From Haliotis rubra (taxonomy: Eukaryota): DNA of 64,000 nt. A program made the translations under genes and the position numbers. Location of the stretch: assembly GCF_003918875.1 (NCBI RefSeq), contig NW_025766980.1, positions 1,922,001 through 1,986,000 on the forward strand, written 5' to 3'. This document shows, piece by piece, positions 12,970-25,700 of this stretch (position 1 is its first letter; the number at the start of each line of letters is the position of its first letter). The notes beneath the pieces are model-generated. The model was not told the DNA's origin. It made no database searches and was given only the letters and a program-made list of their open reading frames with translations.

Positions 12970-13773
12970 ATGTCTGACACGGATGATGAGGCAGCATTCG
13001 CTAGTGCTGATGAAGGGGATCAGGCTGAGAAGGGGGGTAAAGCAGAGACGAAGGGTGGCGATGCCGCAGCAGCTTCTGTCCCTCCAGAACCACCAAAGAA
13101 AGATTCCACGAGGAATCAAAAGAAAAAGGGAAAAAAGGGTGGAAAGAAAAATGCCAACAATGACTCCCAAAAGGATCCTGGAAGACAAGAGTCAGGCTCA
13201 AAGAAATCCTCTAATGTGAAGGCTGAGCAGAAGAGTGATAAAGCACAGACTGGTATTACAGGAACCGAGAAGAGTGATAAAGCACAAACTGGTAAAACAG
13301 GAACCGAGAAAAGTGGTAAAGCACAAACTGGTAAAACAGGAACCGAGAAGAGTGATAAAGCACAAACTGGTAAAACAGGCACTGAGAACAGTGGTAAACC
13401 ACAAACTGGTAATACAGACACTGAGAACAGTAGTAAGGCTCAGTCTGGGAAAACGGAAACAGGAAAAGAGAAATCAAATGTTGAAGAACTGGAGCGTGTG
13501 AAACCTGAAACAAAGGATCTTGAATCTAAGTCCAGTGGAGGTGATAACGGAGATGGAAGGGGAAGTTCAAACCCAGCTGCAGCTGAAGGGGAGACAACTG
13601 TTGCTAAATCTGTCGAGGAGTCTGTTCCTCAGGAAGGCAGGACTAGCGGTACACCTGAGAAAACACCTGCCCCACCACCTCAGGTCGCATCCCCTAACCC
13701 TCAGAGCATCCCCCGTGCTCAGGCAAATGCAGGGAATAAAGAGGACGTAGCCGAGGTGCAAGAAGAGAAGCAG
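12970..13773 (+). CDS. FAM114A2: FAM114A2-like coding exon 1 (disordered, charged N-terminus with a 13-aa repeat)
   Basis: acceptor ttcag at 12950, gccATG at 12970, donor CAG|GTTTGT at 13774. Confidence 0.8.
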
Positions 13774-16700
13774 GTTTGTGTGACTGTTTTCAGTTGTCTT
13801 TCTCACTGACCCAAGAAAAACATATTGAGTCATTAATTTCCTGGGTCACCAAACTGCCTATTTTTATGAAATTAGATGAGTTGTTTTAACATGTATTTAT
13901 TTCTCATTGATTTGCCAAAGTATCAAAGCATCATGGTGATCACTGTACCGTGAAAAGTAACATACATTTTGTAATGATTATTAGGAAGTTTTGACAAAGC
14001 AGACATAAATTGAAAAGCGCTTTCTGAAAAATAGGTCAAGTTCACACTTGTTTTTATCTAATTTTGGCCCCTGACTTAATAGTATCAAGTTGCCAGCTTT
14101 GTTTTTCTGAGTAACCAAGTGTCGAATGCTTGAAAAAGCAAAATGTTCCTAATTTTGAGATGTATGATCTACCGGTATACACCAGCGCCTTCAAATCAAT
14201 CTGAAACTGAGATGTAGGCAAATATACATGTGGTGAATACATAATATAGTGGTGAATCATGTAACATGTTTAAATAAGTATCACAATTTATGAGACATGA
14301 GATTGTTGCTATGGTTACAGGAGTCTGGAAGCTGGGGCTGGGGAGGTTGGGGATCATCATTGCTGACAGCAGCATCATCATCAGTGTCCACCTTCACAAG
14401 TCAAGTTGGTGAGTTGCTGTTGCGATAGTGACATGATACTGTGATGTCATTGTGGTGTGATGCAGTGTCATAGTGATGTCATAGTAGTGTGATGCAGTGA
14501 CATAGTGATATGATAGTGGTGTGATGCAGTGTCAGAGTGATGTCATAGTAGTGTGATGCAGTGACATAGTGATGTCATAGTAGTGTGATGCAGTGACATA
14601 GTGATGTCATAATAGTGTGATGCAGTGTCATAGTGATGTGATGGTGGTGTGATGAAGTGACAGTGATGTGATAGTGGTGTGATGCAGTGATATAGTGATG
14701 TCATAGTAGTGTGATGCAGTGACATAGTGATGTCATAGTAGTGTGATGCAGTGACAGTGATGTCATAGTAGTGTGATGCAGTGTCATAGTGATGTCATAG
14801 TAGTGTGATGCAGTGACATTGTGATGTCATAGTGTGATGCAGTGTCATAGTGATGTGATAGTGGTGTGATGCAGTGACATAGTGATGTGATAGTGGTGTG
14901 ATGCAGTGACATAGTGATGTCATAATAGTGTGATGCAGTGACATAGTGATGTCATAGTAGTGTGATGCAGTGTCATAGTGATGTCATAGTAGTAGTGTCA
15001 TTGTGACATAGTGATGTCATAGTAGTGTGTCACCCTCCCAGTGTCATAGTGATGTCATAATAGTGTGATGCAGTGTCATAGTGATGTCATAGTAGTGTGA
15101 TGCAGTGTCATAGTAGTGTGATGCAGTGACATAGTGATGTGTGTGATGCAGTGTCATAGTGATGTGATAGTGGTGTGATGCAGTGTCATAGTGATGTGAT
15201 AGTAGTGTGATGCAGTGACATAGTGATGTGATAGTGGTGTGATGCAGTGACATAGTGATGTCATAGTAGTTTGATGCAGTGACATAGTGATGTCATAGTG
15301 GCATGATAGTACCGTCTAATCTTACCTTCATGTAAAATACCTAAATTTCATTGGTCAATGACGCTTTCACAAGTTTCCATCAATAGGCAGACGTCATTTT
15401 GTTTACATGTCATATAGTCAACAATATTCAATATAAAATAAAATGATATTTTGAACATTTAACATGGCGGTAAGATAAATACGTCATCCCTCGCCTACCT
15501 GCTCAGGTAACACTGCTACAAAGAGACGTACATCAGACCATATTACCCTAGAGAGAAGCATACAACTTATAATAGTGGTGTGATACAGTGTCATAGTGAT
15601 GTCATAGTGCCGTGATACAGTGTTATAGTGATGACAGTGCTGTGATACAGTGTTATAGTGAAGTCATAGTGCTGTGATACAGTGTTACAGTGAAGTCATA
15701 GTGCTGTGATACAGTGTTATAGTGATGTCATAGTGCTGTGATACAGTCATAGTGCTGTGATACAGTGTCATAGTGCTGTGATACAGTGTCATAGTGCTGT
15801 GATGCAGTGTCATAGTGCTGTGATGCAGTGTCATAGTGCTGTGATGCAGTGTCATAGTGCTGTGATGCAGTGTTATAGTGATGTCATAGTGCTGCGATAC
15901 AGTGTCATAGTGATGTGGATAGTGTCATAGTGATGCAGTGTTGTGCTGTGATGTCATAGTGCTGTGATGCAGTGTCATAGTGCTGTGATGCAGTGTCATA
16001 GTGCTGTGATGCAGTGTCATAGTGCTGTGATGCAGTGTCATAGTGCTGTGATGCAGTGTCATAGTGGTGTGATGCAGTGTCATAGTGGTGCGATACAGTG
16101 TCATAGTGGTGGGATACAGTGTCATAGTGGTGGGATACAGTGTCATAGTGGTGCGATGCAGTGTCATAGTGGTGCGATACATTGTCATAGTGGTGCGATA
16201 CAGTGTCATAGTGGTGCGATACAGTGTCATAGTGGTGCGATACAGTGTCATAGTGGTGCGATGCAGTGTCATAGTGGTGCGATGCAGTGTCATAGTGGTG
16301 TGATACATTGTCATAGTGATGTGATAGTGGTGTGATACAGTGTCATAGTGATGTATATTAATGGTGGGGATCGTGCATGAGGAGGACAAAAACATACAGT
16401 CTCACCGTTAAGGTCTAGAGTGTTATACTCCACACAGGATACACATTTTAAACATTAAAAAGCATTTGCCATGATGTCTTTTTGTTTCTATGTCAGGAGA
16501 AGACACCTAGTTCTCCGTTCTTGTTTCAACAAAGAGTTTTTAACAAACACGAAACTACTCGGATGGCCATGGTAATAATCTGTTTATGTTGCTATAGATA
16601 CTGTGCAGTACCCAGTACCCAATGCTTGTAAGTGTTGCAAATGGCTTGGAGGGGTGCTGATCGCTTGGATCGTTGTTTATGCTATCGAACAGCAGTTTGC

Positions 16701-19700
16701 CTGGCATGGACATGTTTTCATTGTTTTTAAACATTGTATTGTTCAGTTTCAAAGGTGAAGCCCGTACAACATACTGAGCATGTTGAAGGCAACACAATTT
16801 TTCGTAACTTTGAATAATATGCTACTCGGTGCTGATCTAGATTTGGTTATTTACAAGCCAACATACAAGATACTGGTTGACTGGCTGTGTGTTTGATTGT
16901 GTGTCCAGGTGAAGGCTTCCACACCATCGTGGAGTCTGTGGAGTCTTCTCTGGGTGCACCACCACCAGAGGAGATCGCCAGGCTTGAGGAAGAGGGGAAG
17001 TCACAGGCCAGAGAAGAAGGTATGTCCTCAGTCTCATGATGTAATATCACACACAGCTTAGGGAGAGCACTACTTGCCAGTGTTAAGTATCCAGTGATTC
17101 ACTAGTGAATTAGGGGGTAAAATCATAATGATGATTGATTCATCCCACCTGAACGATTATTAGAATTAATCAGTTAGTTGCACAATCAATATATTTATCC
17201 ATCACAACATAGATTATCTGTACATCTCTAGTTTCAGTACACTCTTGACCCAGACCAAGGTAAAATTACCAATGTGACTTGATTGTACTGCAGTCTTTTT
17301 GAGGTAAAGTTGAAAGTCGATTACTCATTGCAAACTTATAAGAGAAACTTGTATTCCATAAAAAGGGATATATCTGGTAGGCATAGGGTCTAAGTGCATA
17401 TTACATTATCCATTATTCCCCATCATTTCTGCAGATGCTACAGATACATAGGTAAACATGTATATAATATGTTTGATCTTCAGGATGATCGTCTGGAGGA
17501 AATAAAGACGGGGATATTATATGATTATCATACAGGCGGTCATGGTATATGGTTTTACTGTCAGGTAAACAGGTCACAGGAAACTTCAGTATCGGCTGTG
17601 TTTTCAGATGGAGATGCAGATGAGAAGGGGGCCAAGCAATCTGGTGATGGTGAAGTCCAGTCATCGGGAGGCAGTGGCAGTAGTCCACCAGCTGTTGTTA
17701 CTGAGCCCAAACCAATGGTGAATGATGGAGAACAACCAGCAAGGGTGGACAGCGGTCAGCCTGAGGAGGAGGAGGAGAAAGGGGGTGGAGGGGGATGGTT
17801 CTCCAGTTTTGGAGTTGCAAGCCTCACCAGCAAGATTCAAAACACAGTGAGTGATCAGTCCTGTTGTAGATTTGATACTTTATAGCTAAAGTCAGTCTCA
17901 CGTTAATGATACCCATGAAGATCCAGGTTAGAATATTGATCTTCAGTACCTCATGCTTGTCGTAAGAGGTGACTGATGGGATCAGGTGGTCAGGCTCGCT
18001 GACTTGGTTGACACATATCATCGGTTCCCAATTGCGTAGATCAATGTTCATGCTGTTGATCACTGGATTGTCTGGTCCAGACTCGATTATTTACAGACCG
18101 CCGCCATATAGCTGGAATATTGCTGAGTGTAGCGTGTTCAATGTCTGTTATTGATATATCCACTGAAGGTTTGGGTGTATGTGCCTCCTTCCCATCCTCT
18201 TCACCTAAAGGAGGGAAGTTTGTAGTGTTGGGAATTGGTTGAAATCTCACAATTGATGATTGGTTCAATACCAACGACCAATCATCGAAAAAAATTGGTT
18301 AGCGTCATTTTTTAGATTTTCCTATTCAGCTTGTAGTTGCAGATATGTATAAAGAATAAACATTTGGTTCTCCGTTGTTGTTTTTGTTTTATTTAGAAAC
18401 TGCACACATTACATTTGCAAATTTCATATCCAGTGTAAAATGATTCAGTTCCAGTGTAACATAAACTTCCCAGATTCTTCAAAAATATTCGGGCGTCCCA
18501 GATTCTTCAAAAAATATTTCTGGTGTCCCCCCACCGCGGATATTGCAGTCATGACTTTCAAAAATATTCAGTCATGACTTTTCAGAAAGTGAAGGGAGTT
18601 TTCTAAGAATAAAACACGTTTTCCAGCCCTGACAACGTCCTAGATATGTTCCATCATCAAGTGTTTCAAACTCTATTACAGCGGTTCCAAAATCGTTTGT
18701 GTTCGATTATGAGAAAATGTGATCGATTGCTTGGTCGTTTGGCCACTGCGACCAATCTTCGATTATTTCAATTAATCGGAACACCACTAGAAGTTTGCAG
18801 GGCGGGTTTTGAACACTATGACAAGTTATATGTTATTAACATGTCTTATGGCAGAAATATGTATGACCACCTCCCACGGGTCACCGCCTGAAATGCCTCC
18901 CTTCAGGCCGCACATCACGTAACTGAGGAACACTCTCTTCAAAGAGTTGAAAACCCCTACGGGTTTGGCTAAGTTTGTATGAAAGCACTTTACCCACTGA
19001 TTCACAGAAATTGTTATCCATTCCAGTATGTAACTGAAGTGTTTACTTCCAGGGCAAGTCTCTGGTGTCAGGCTCCCTAGATGCAGTGGAGGCTCTTGCT
19101 ACTGGTGGCATTGACGTCTTGGAGAATATTGGCAAGAAGACCATCAATGTGTTGTCAGACCATGACCCTGGTTTCAAGAAGACAAAGCAGGTGATGTTTG
19201 ATGGCAGCAAGAAGCAGAATCTGTCGTCGATGTTGCGAGAAGCAAAGGAGCGGGCAGAGCAGCAGGCGATACATGAGGAGGAACAGGAAGAAGCTCGGAA
19301 GCACAACTACGGAGCACTGTTTGAGGACTTCCAGGGTGAGGAGAAGGGTTATTGTGCTAAATGAGGCTGTCAGCAGTATTCTAGTGATTGAAGAAGTGAC
19401 ATTAAAACTCACCCCCAATGTGCTGTAAAACAAATCTAGTTGCAAAGTGAGCACATCTTTTCTATATTTACAACAGACATGTCACTGCAGGTTCATCCAT
19501 TACAAAGAACTATATACAGTATGATGACTTTATGGCTTTTCACCAGATGACTGGCGAGTCATAATGCTAGATTCTGTAACGAGTGATAACAATTGTTCTG
19601 TATCATCCTTGTTACAGGCATGGCCCACCTGGAGGCGCGGAGATCCTGTCCAACCAGAGCGAGAAGAAGGTGCAGGCCCTCCTGTCATCTCTGCCAGACG

Positions 19701-22700
19701 ACACCATCCGGCAGCTGAAACCACAGCTCATTGACATCAAGAACATCTTCGAGCTGGATGACACTGACTACGGTATGGATCTGAACCAGCAATTCACTGG
19801 CCATTCTAAACATGAGTTCTTTGAGAGGCATTTTAGAAATTGTGAAGATGAAGGAAAACTAAATTCTAAGATTTTGACTATCCATAGAACTTAGTTTTCC
19901 TTCATTCTAAACATACATTTAAACAAGTGTAGCTAACACATTTATGGTCCATAATATGTCGTTCTGCAAAATTATAGGAAATTATATATAATATCAGCAA
20001 TAACTTGGTTATGTCTGAGAAATTACAACTCTCGTTATTTTTGTATTAGAGAATGTACAGAAGTTAAGTATGCTTTCAAAGGACATAAGGAGGTTCAGTG
20101 ACATTAGTTATTATTTGTATTACAATGTCATGGCATTCCATAGTAATGTGTTGAAGTCTCACAGATGAGAGAATCATCTAGATATTTTCTGTAGAAAATT
20201 AGTACAGTATTTGACAGTGTTGATAACTTGATACTTCCAACTTCTACCTGCTCTCCACCAAGGAAGACCAAGTAACTTTTGTGGCCTGACAGATCGGTCC
20301 TCTTCCCCCATTCAGAGTAGCCTTTGCTGACACCATCACTATGTTATCTAATGGAGAAATTATTAGATTCTGTTTCTGATTAAGCTATCATGTTTCAACT
20401 GCCCTTGACTTTAACAATATCTCATAAGAATTAAATCGTATACTACACTAAGTTGTCTGTCTGCAATACAATCTGATAATCAGCCAATCGTATACTACAC
20501 TAAGTTGTCTGTCTGCAATACAATCTGATAATCAGCCAATCGTATACTACACTAAGTTGTCTGTCTGCAATACAATCTGATAATCAGCCAGTCGTATACT
20601 ACACTAAGTTGTCTGTCTGCAATACAATCTGATAATCAGCCAATCGTATACTACACTAAGTTGTCTGTCTGCAATACAATCTGATAATCAGCCAATCTTA
20701 TACTGCACTAAGTTGTCTGTCTGCAATACAATCTGATAATCAGCCAATCGTATACTACACTAAGTTGTCTGTCTGCAATACAATCTGATAATCAGCCAAT
20801 TGTATACTGCACTAAGTTGTCTGTCTGCAATACAATCTGATAATCAGCCAATCAGATACTACACTAAGTTGTCTGTCTGCAATACAATCTGATAATCAGC
20901 CAATCGTATACTGCACTAAGTTGTCTGTCTGCAATACAATCTGATAATCAGCCAATCGTACCACACTAAGTTGTCTGTCTGCAATACAATCTGATAATCA
21001 GCCAATCGTATACTGCACTAAGTTGTCTGTTTGCAATACAATCGTATACTACACTAAGTTGTCTGTCTGCAATACAATCTGATAATCAGCCAGAGAAAAT
21101 CAATTGAACTTCCCAATCTACAAGAAGGGTGCTTGGATTCTTTCAGTACTTTGATCTGACCATTCTAAAGTGATATCTCCTCATTCCTTTACTGGTACAA
21201 TGTGTGAAGCCCATTTCTGGTGTCCCCCGCCGTGATATTGCTGTGATATTGCTAAAAGCAGCGTAAAACCATACTCACTCACTCATTCCTTTACCACCTC
21301 AATTCAGAATTTGATCCCTAAAACATCCCAAACAGTGGAGGACATTTTGTAAGTCACTATAGGATTGCATTTTATGTGTTGACAAGCGGCAGATGGACGA
21401 CCAATCACATATTTATGTTGACAGAGGAACGTCAGGAACATGAGTTCTTCAAGCTGATCACCGACCACCTGTCTGAACTACACCTGGGCACAACACCAGA
21501 TAAACTCAATAAGGTGCACAATTTTATGTTGCATTTGGCTGAAATTCAGGTTTAATGATTTAAGCATATCGATATATTCTTAAAGGTCACATGCAACGTA
21601 AAACACAACTTTGCAGATTCTGATACCTTTTGGTATGGACTTACCGAAACAAATCGTCAAAAATGCAAATTCAACTTATAAAGTTGAAAAATAACGCGAT
21701 GAAAAAAACCGTGCAAAATCGGAGTTCGATTCACTAATTTTCCCCCGACTTTTCGGGAGAAAACTGGTTTCAACAGCTGGGCTGCGCCCATAGCACGTCG
21801 CGCAGTGAAATAGGTTCACGCAGCTTGGGCCGGGTTGTCCGGTGAATACCGGTGAAGGCTTTGGTGTGAGCTATTTTTCTAATGTTTTGTTGATATCTCA
21901 CAGGCGAAGCTTTTATATGTTATGACAGTAAATTAACTGTTTATATAATTTCATTTGTCTATTTCACCACACGTTCTTCTTACCAAGTCACTTTCTCAGT
22001 TCGATACTTAAAAGCAATGCCATTATTTAGCGTTGACAGAATTTCTAACTGTGATATAGATATGTCGTTGTCACAGACAAAACTCAATGTCTTGTTTTAT
22101 TGACACCTGTGTGTCTGCCTGCCTGTCTGCTAATGACAATAGTCAATACACAGCTGCTATCACTGACAACATTCAATTTGAACTTAACACCAATCAGGCT
22201 ATACACCATAAACAAAATGCATTGATTTATGGCCTGAGTTCGGTCTCTGTCACATTATGTAATTACACAGACAGGCAGGTGTGATACTTGAACACATGAC
22301 ATGTTATGATGTCTTTTGATTGCAAAATGTTATACACAAAAAATGAGCATGTATTTACAAAACCCAACATCTCTTTATATACAAACACAATGAACCGTGA
22401 GGGAATCTGCTAATGAACCAGCCATTACACTTGAGTGCACACCCACCCGCTCTGACTGGGTTCGGTATCCCGGCTGCTTCGTTTCTTGGGAAGTAAACCC
22501 AAGTACACAATATTGCACTTTTGATTTGCGATTGTACGCTTATAATTTTGTTTATATGTTTTTTCATAACCAGCAATGTATATTATATGTCATGAATAAG
22601 TGATAATTGTGTTTTAATTATGTTTGATTTTTTGGTTGCATGTGACCTTTAAGGATCCATACAAGAGAATTATCTAGATCTACTGTGAGGCTGATATTTA

Positions 22701-25700
22701 TCCTCCCAATCTGCTGAAAAGCAATCCCAGATTGGGAAGCAGCATGCCCCAATTCATGTACTTATGGATCAAGTTACTAATGTGATTACTTTGTAGAAGT
22801 GGCTGGTGTTTCACTGTTAACTTGACCTGTAGATAAAGAGGATGTAGAGATTTGATTTAATGCAATGATAAAATATCAGTGAATTTTAGAAAAGAATAAC
22901 TTAAAATAATCCCAGTTGTGAACAAAATAACAGTTGATTGCCAACTTACCTTACCAAAGGGATTCAGTTTGGGATCCAAGATAAAACCCTGTGCATACAT
23001 AACAAGCTTCCTGGGATGTGTTTTGAACCTACTTGTCCCTGTGTGCAGGTCCAGGAGAAAATCCGAAAGTGGATCATCGACTTTTACGCTGATCCCCCAG
23101 AAGGAGAAGAGAAGAAGATAACAGAACCAAAAGTAAGACCAGTTACCATGGTTACCATTCACACAAATCATATAATCTCCCAGATAATATTAAGTGTGTC
23201 TTACAAAGTAGAACCTGCTTACCTGTGGCGAATCATGCTAATGAGATCATAACTGATCATTAGGAGTTTTGACAGATTGCCTGAATTCCCAGGCATTTCT
23301 GCAGTTTCCACAACCAGGGTCCTGTTTCACACACCCAAACCTCTGGTCACGTAATCTTATCACTACTATATTAGCATTGTGTGTTTCAGGAGATATTCCA
23401 CACTGCTATAGAGGCTCTGGCAGAGCTGACAGCCAAGTCTGTTGAGCAGTTCCACAAGGCTGGGGAGCTGATTCTGCTGCAACAAGACACCGACACTCCC
23501 TACCAGAACCGCTCCAAGAGTCTTGCCAGGTACGAGTTGTTGGTTACAGTCCCAGTATTCTAACTACTAGTATATGATGTCAGTCTATGTGTCGCGGGTT
23601 CTGGTCTTGAGATGTCCCAAGGACAATAATTGATGAGACGGGGAATGTCGCTTAAGATATGCACCAGTTTATTGCCTGTGAAATATGAACATTACAACAT
23701 GAGAAAGATGATGTATGCGTCCGACATGGTCGGATGGTGACATGAAAGTCGTATATATCTTATATGAATACATCGGCAATAAACAATACAATTATAGATA
23801 TAAGATTGGTATATAATAGTTATGCTATAATTGTATAATTGATAAAATATATATGACGTCACGCATAAGCGTTTCGTCCGGGATATTTACAATTGATGTG
23901 ACGCCACGCATTAGCTTATCAGCCAAAATTATATACAACTGATGATTTAGTATACTGTAGATATAAAATCATAATTATTGATCATTCACACACTGTCTTA
24001 CATGCAATGCTAGTGCTTTAAGTTAGTAAGTGATCCACGCGAGAGAAAGTTTACAATACGCGGTCGCGATTAATTACTAACTTAAGATATATGTTATTAC
24101 TATGTTGATGACAATAATATATATACTAGCAATGATATAGATGTAGAAAGAATATATGTAGAGAGGGTGCTTACCTGTGAAATATGAACATTACAACATG
24201 AGAAAGATGTTGTATGCGTCCGACATGGTCGGATGGTGACATGAAAGTGTCACACGTCACAGGCATGAAACGCATCGAGATTTGGCGGTTAGCCAAATAC
24301 GGGTGGCACGCATAACTCTCTACATATAGCCAGTGGAGAAGCAGCCCTCTGTTGAAATAAAAGGAAATAGAAGGTTGTCGGCTACATATTCCCCCTTTGG
24401 AAAATGGTGTCCTCAACATTTATAGAACAAAGGACATGGTCAACAATGAGAGAGGAAAATGATCAAACAGGGATATTGATGAAAATATCCCCAACTGAAT
24501 TAGTTGCTTTTAATGACATCGCATGCTTTTGAAAGGAACACCAAATAATGGAAAACAAAACACCTGGTACTCCTATGAAAGTCAGAAGGTTTCAATGATC
24601 AGGAAATCATTGAAAGAAACTGACAAACCAACTGAACAAACCAACTAAACTATGTACAAGAACTTCAAACAAAAACTTCTTCCTCTTCCGCTTCGCTACT
24701 TAACGACGGCCCCGGAAGTTTGTCACCCACTGATCACTCTGCATCCAGGCTGGACAGGTTCTGAGTCGGGTAGGCCTCCCCGACTCCAGAGCCGCCCATC
24801 TGGGCAGGTGATGCAGGCTGAACGCTGATGACAGGAGGGGTTGCATCTTCTGGTTCCACAGCAGTACTTGAGGGCGGCGCTGAAGTCGACCTTTCCGAAC
24901 GGAAATACTGGCAGGGGATAACTGTATCAGCTGCTGGCTCTGTGGTCTCTGGCTGGCTTCCAGAAGATCCTGAGGGTGGACGAGAAGCATTAGCAGCACT
25001 TGGAATCAAATTCGTGGCTCTGGTTTGACTCCTCAGTCTTGGCAGCAGTATGATCTCCTCTTCATCCTGACTGTCTTCTTCGGATCTGTCTGAAGCTTGA
25101 AACTCCTTCACCAAGTGATACCCGATTCTTTGCTTCTTCTAGATTGGCGTCGTTCTGTCCTGGGCGGTCTTGTTGGAGGGAAACAGATTCCAGTGGCAGG
25201 AGCATGTTAGCGTGGAGAGTCTTCATTGGCCCCTGGCCACTCTCTTGCTTCAAAGTGTAGACGGAATGTCCTCGCTGGGTTGTTTCACAATGACATAGAC
25301 GTTTTTCCCCACTTGTTGGCAAGCTTGTTCCTTCCTGTAAGTCCGACAAGTCGCACCAGAACACGATCATTTGGTTGTAGAAAGGACTCTCTCACTTTCT
25401 TGTCGTAATGTTGTTTGTAGCGTTGTCCTGCCTTCCTAGATTCCTTGGAGGCTATGTTGTACGCAAACTGTAGCCGCTTCTTGAGGTTGTTAGCGTATTG
25501 AGTACAGGTAGCTTGTCCTTGTCCAAGGTCGAATCCAAGAAAGGCGTCCACTGGGAGTCGAGGGTGTCGTCCAAACATGAGGTAGAAGGGAGGTACTCTC
25601 GTGACTTGTGGCATTGTAGGAATGAACGAGAGCAGGTACATAAGTTTTCCAGTCACTCTTCTTCTCTTCATCCAGGGTACCCATCATGTTCATCAGTCTG

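Noticed and set aside
15925-16395. ORFs with QCHSGA / TTMTLH repeats
   Set aside because: Translation of a 21-bp intronic minisatellite; no splice or codon support
20434-21092. Regular repeat array resembling a CRISPR
   Set aside because: Head-to-tail identical units with no unique spacers, no cas genes, eukaryotic intron
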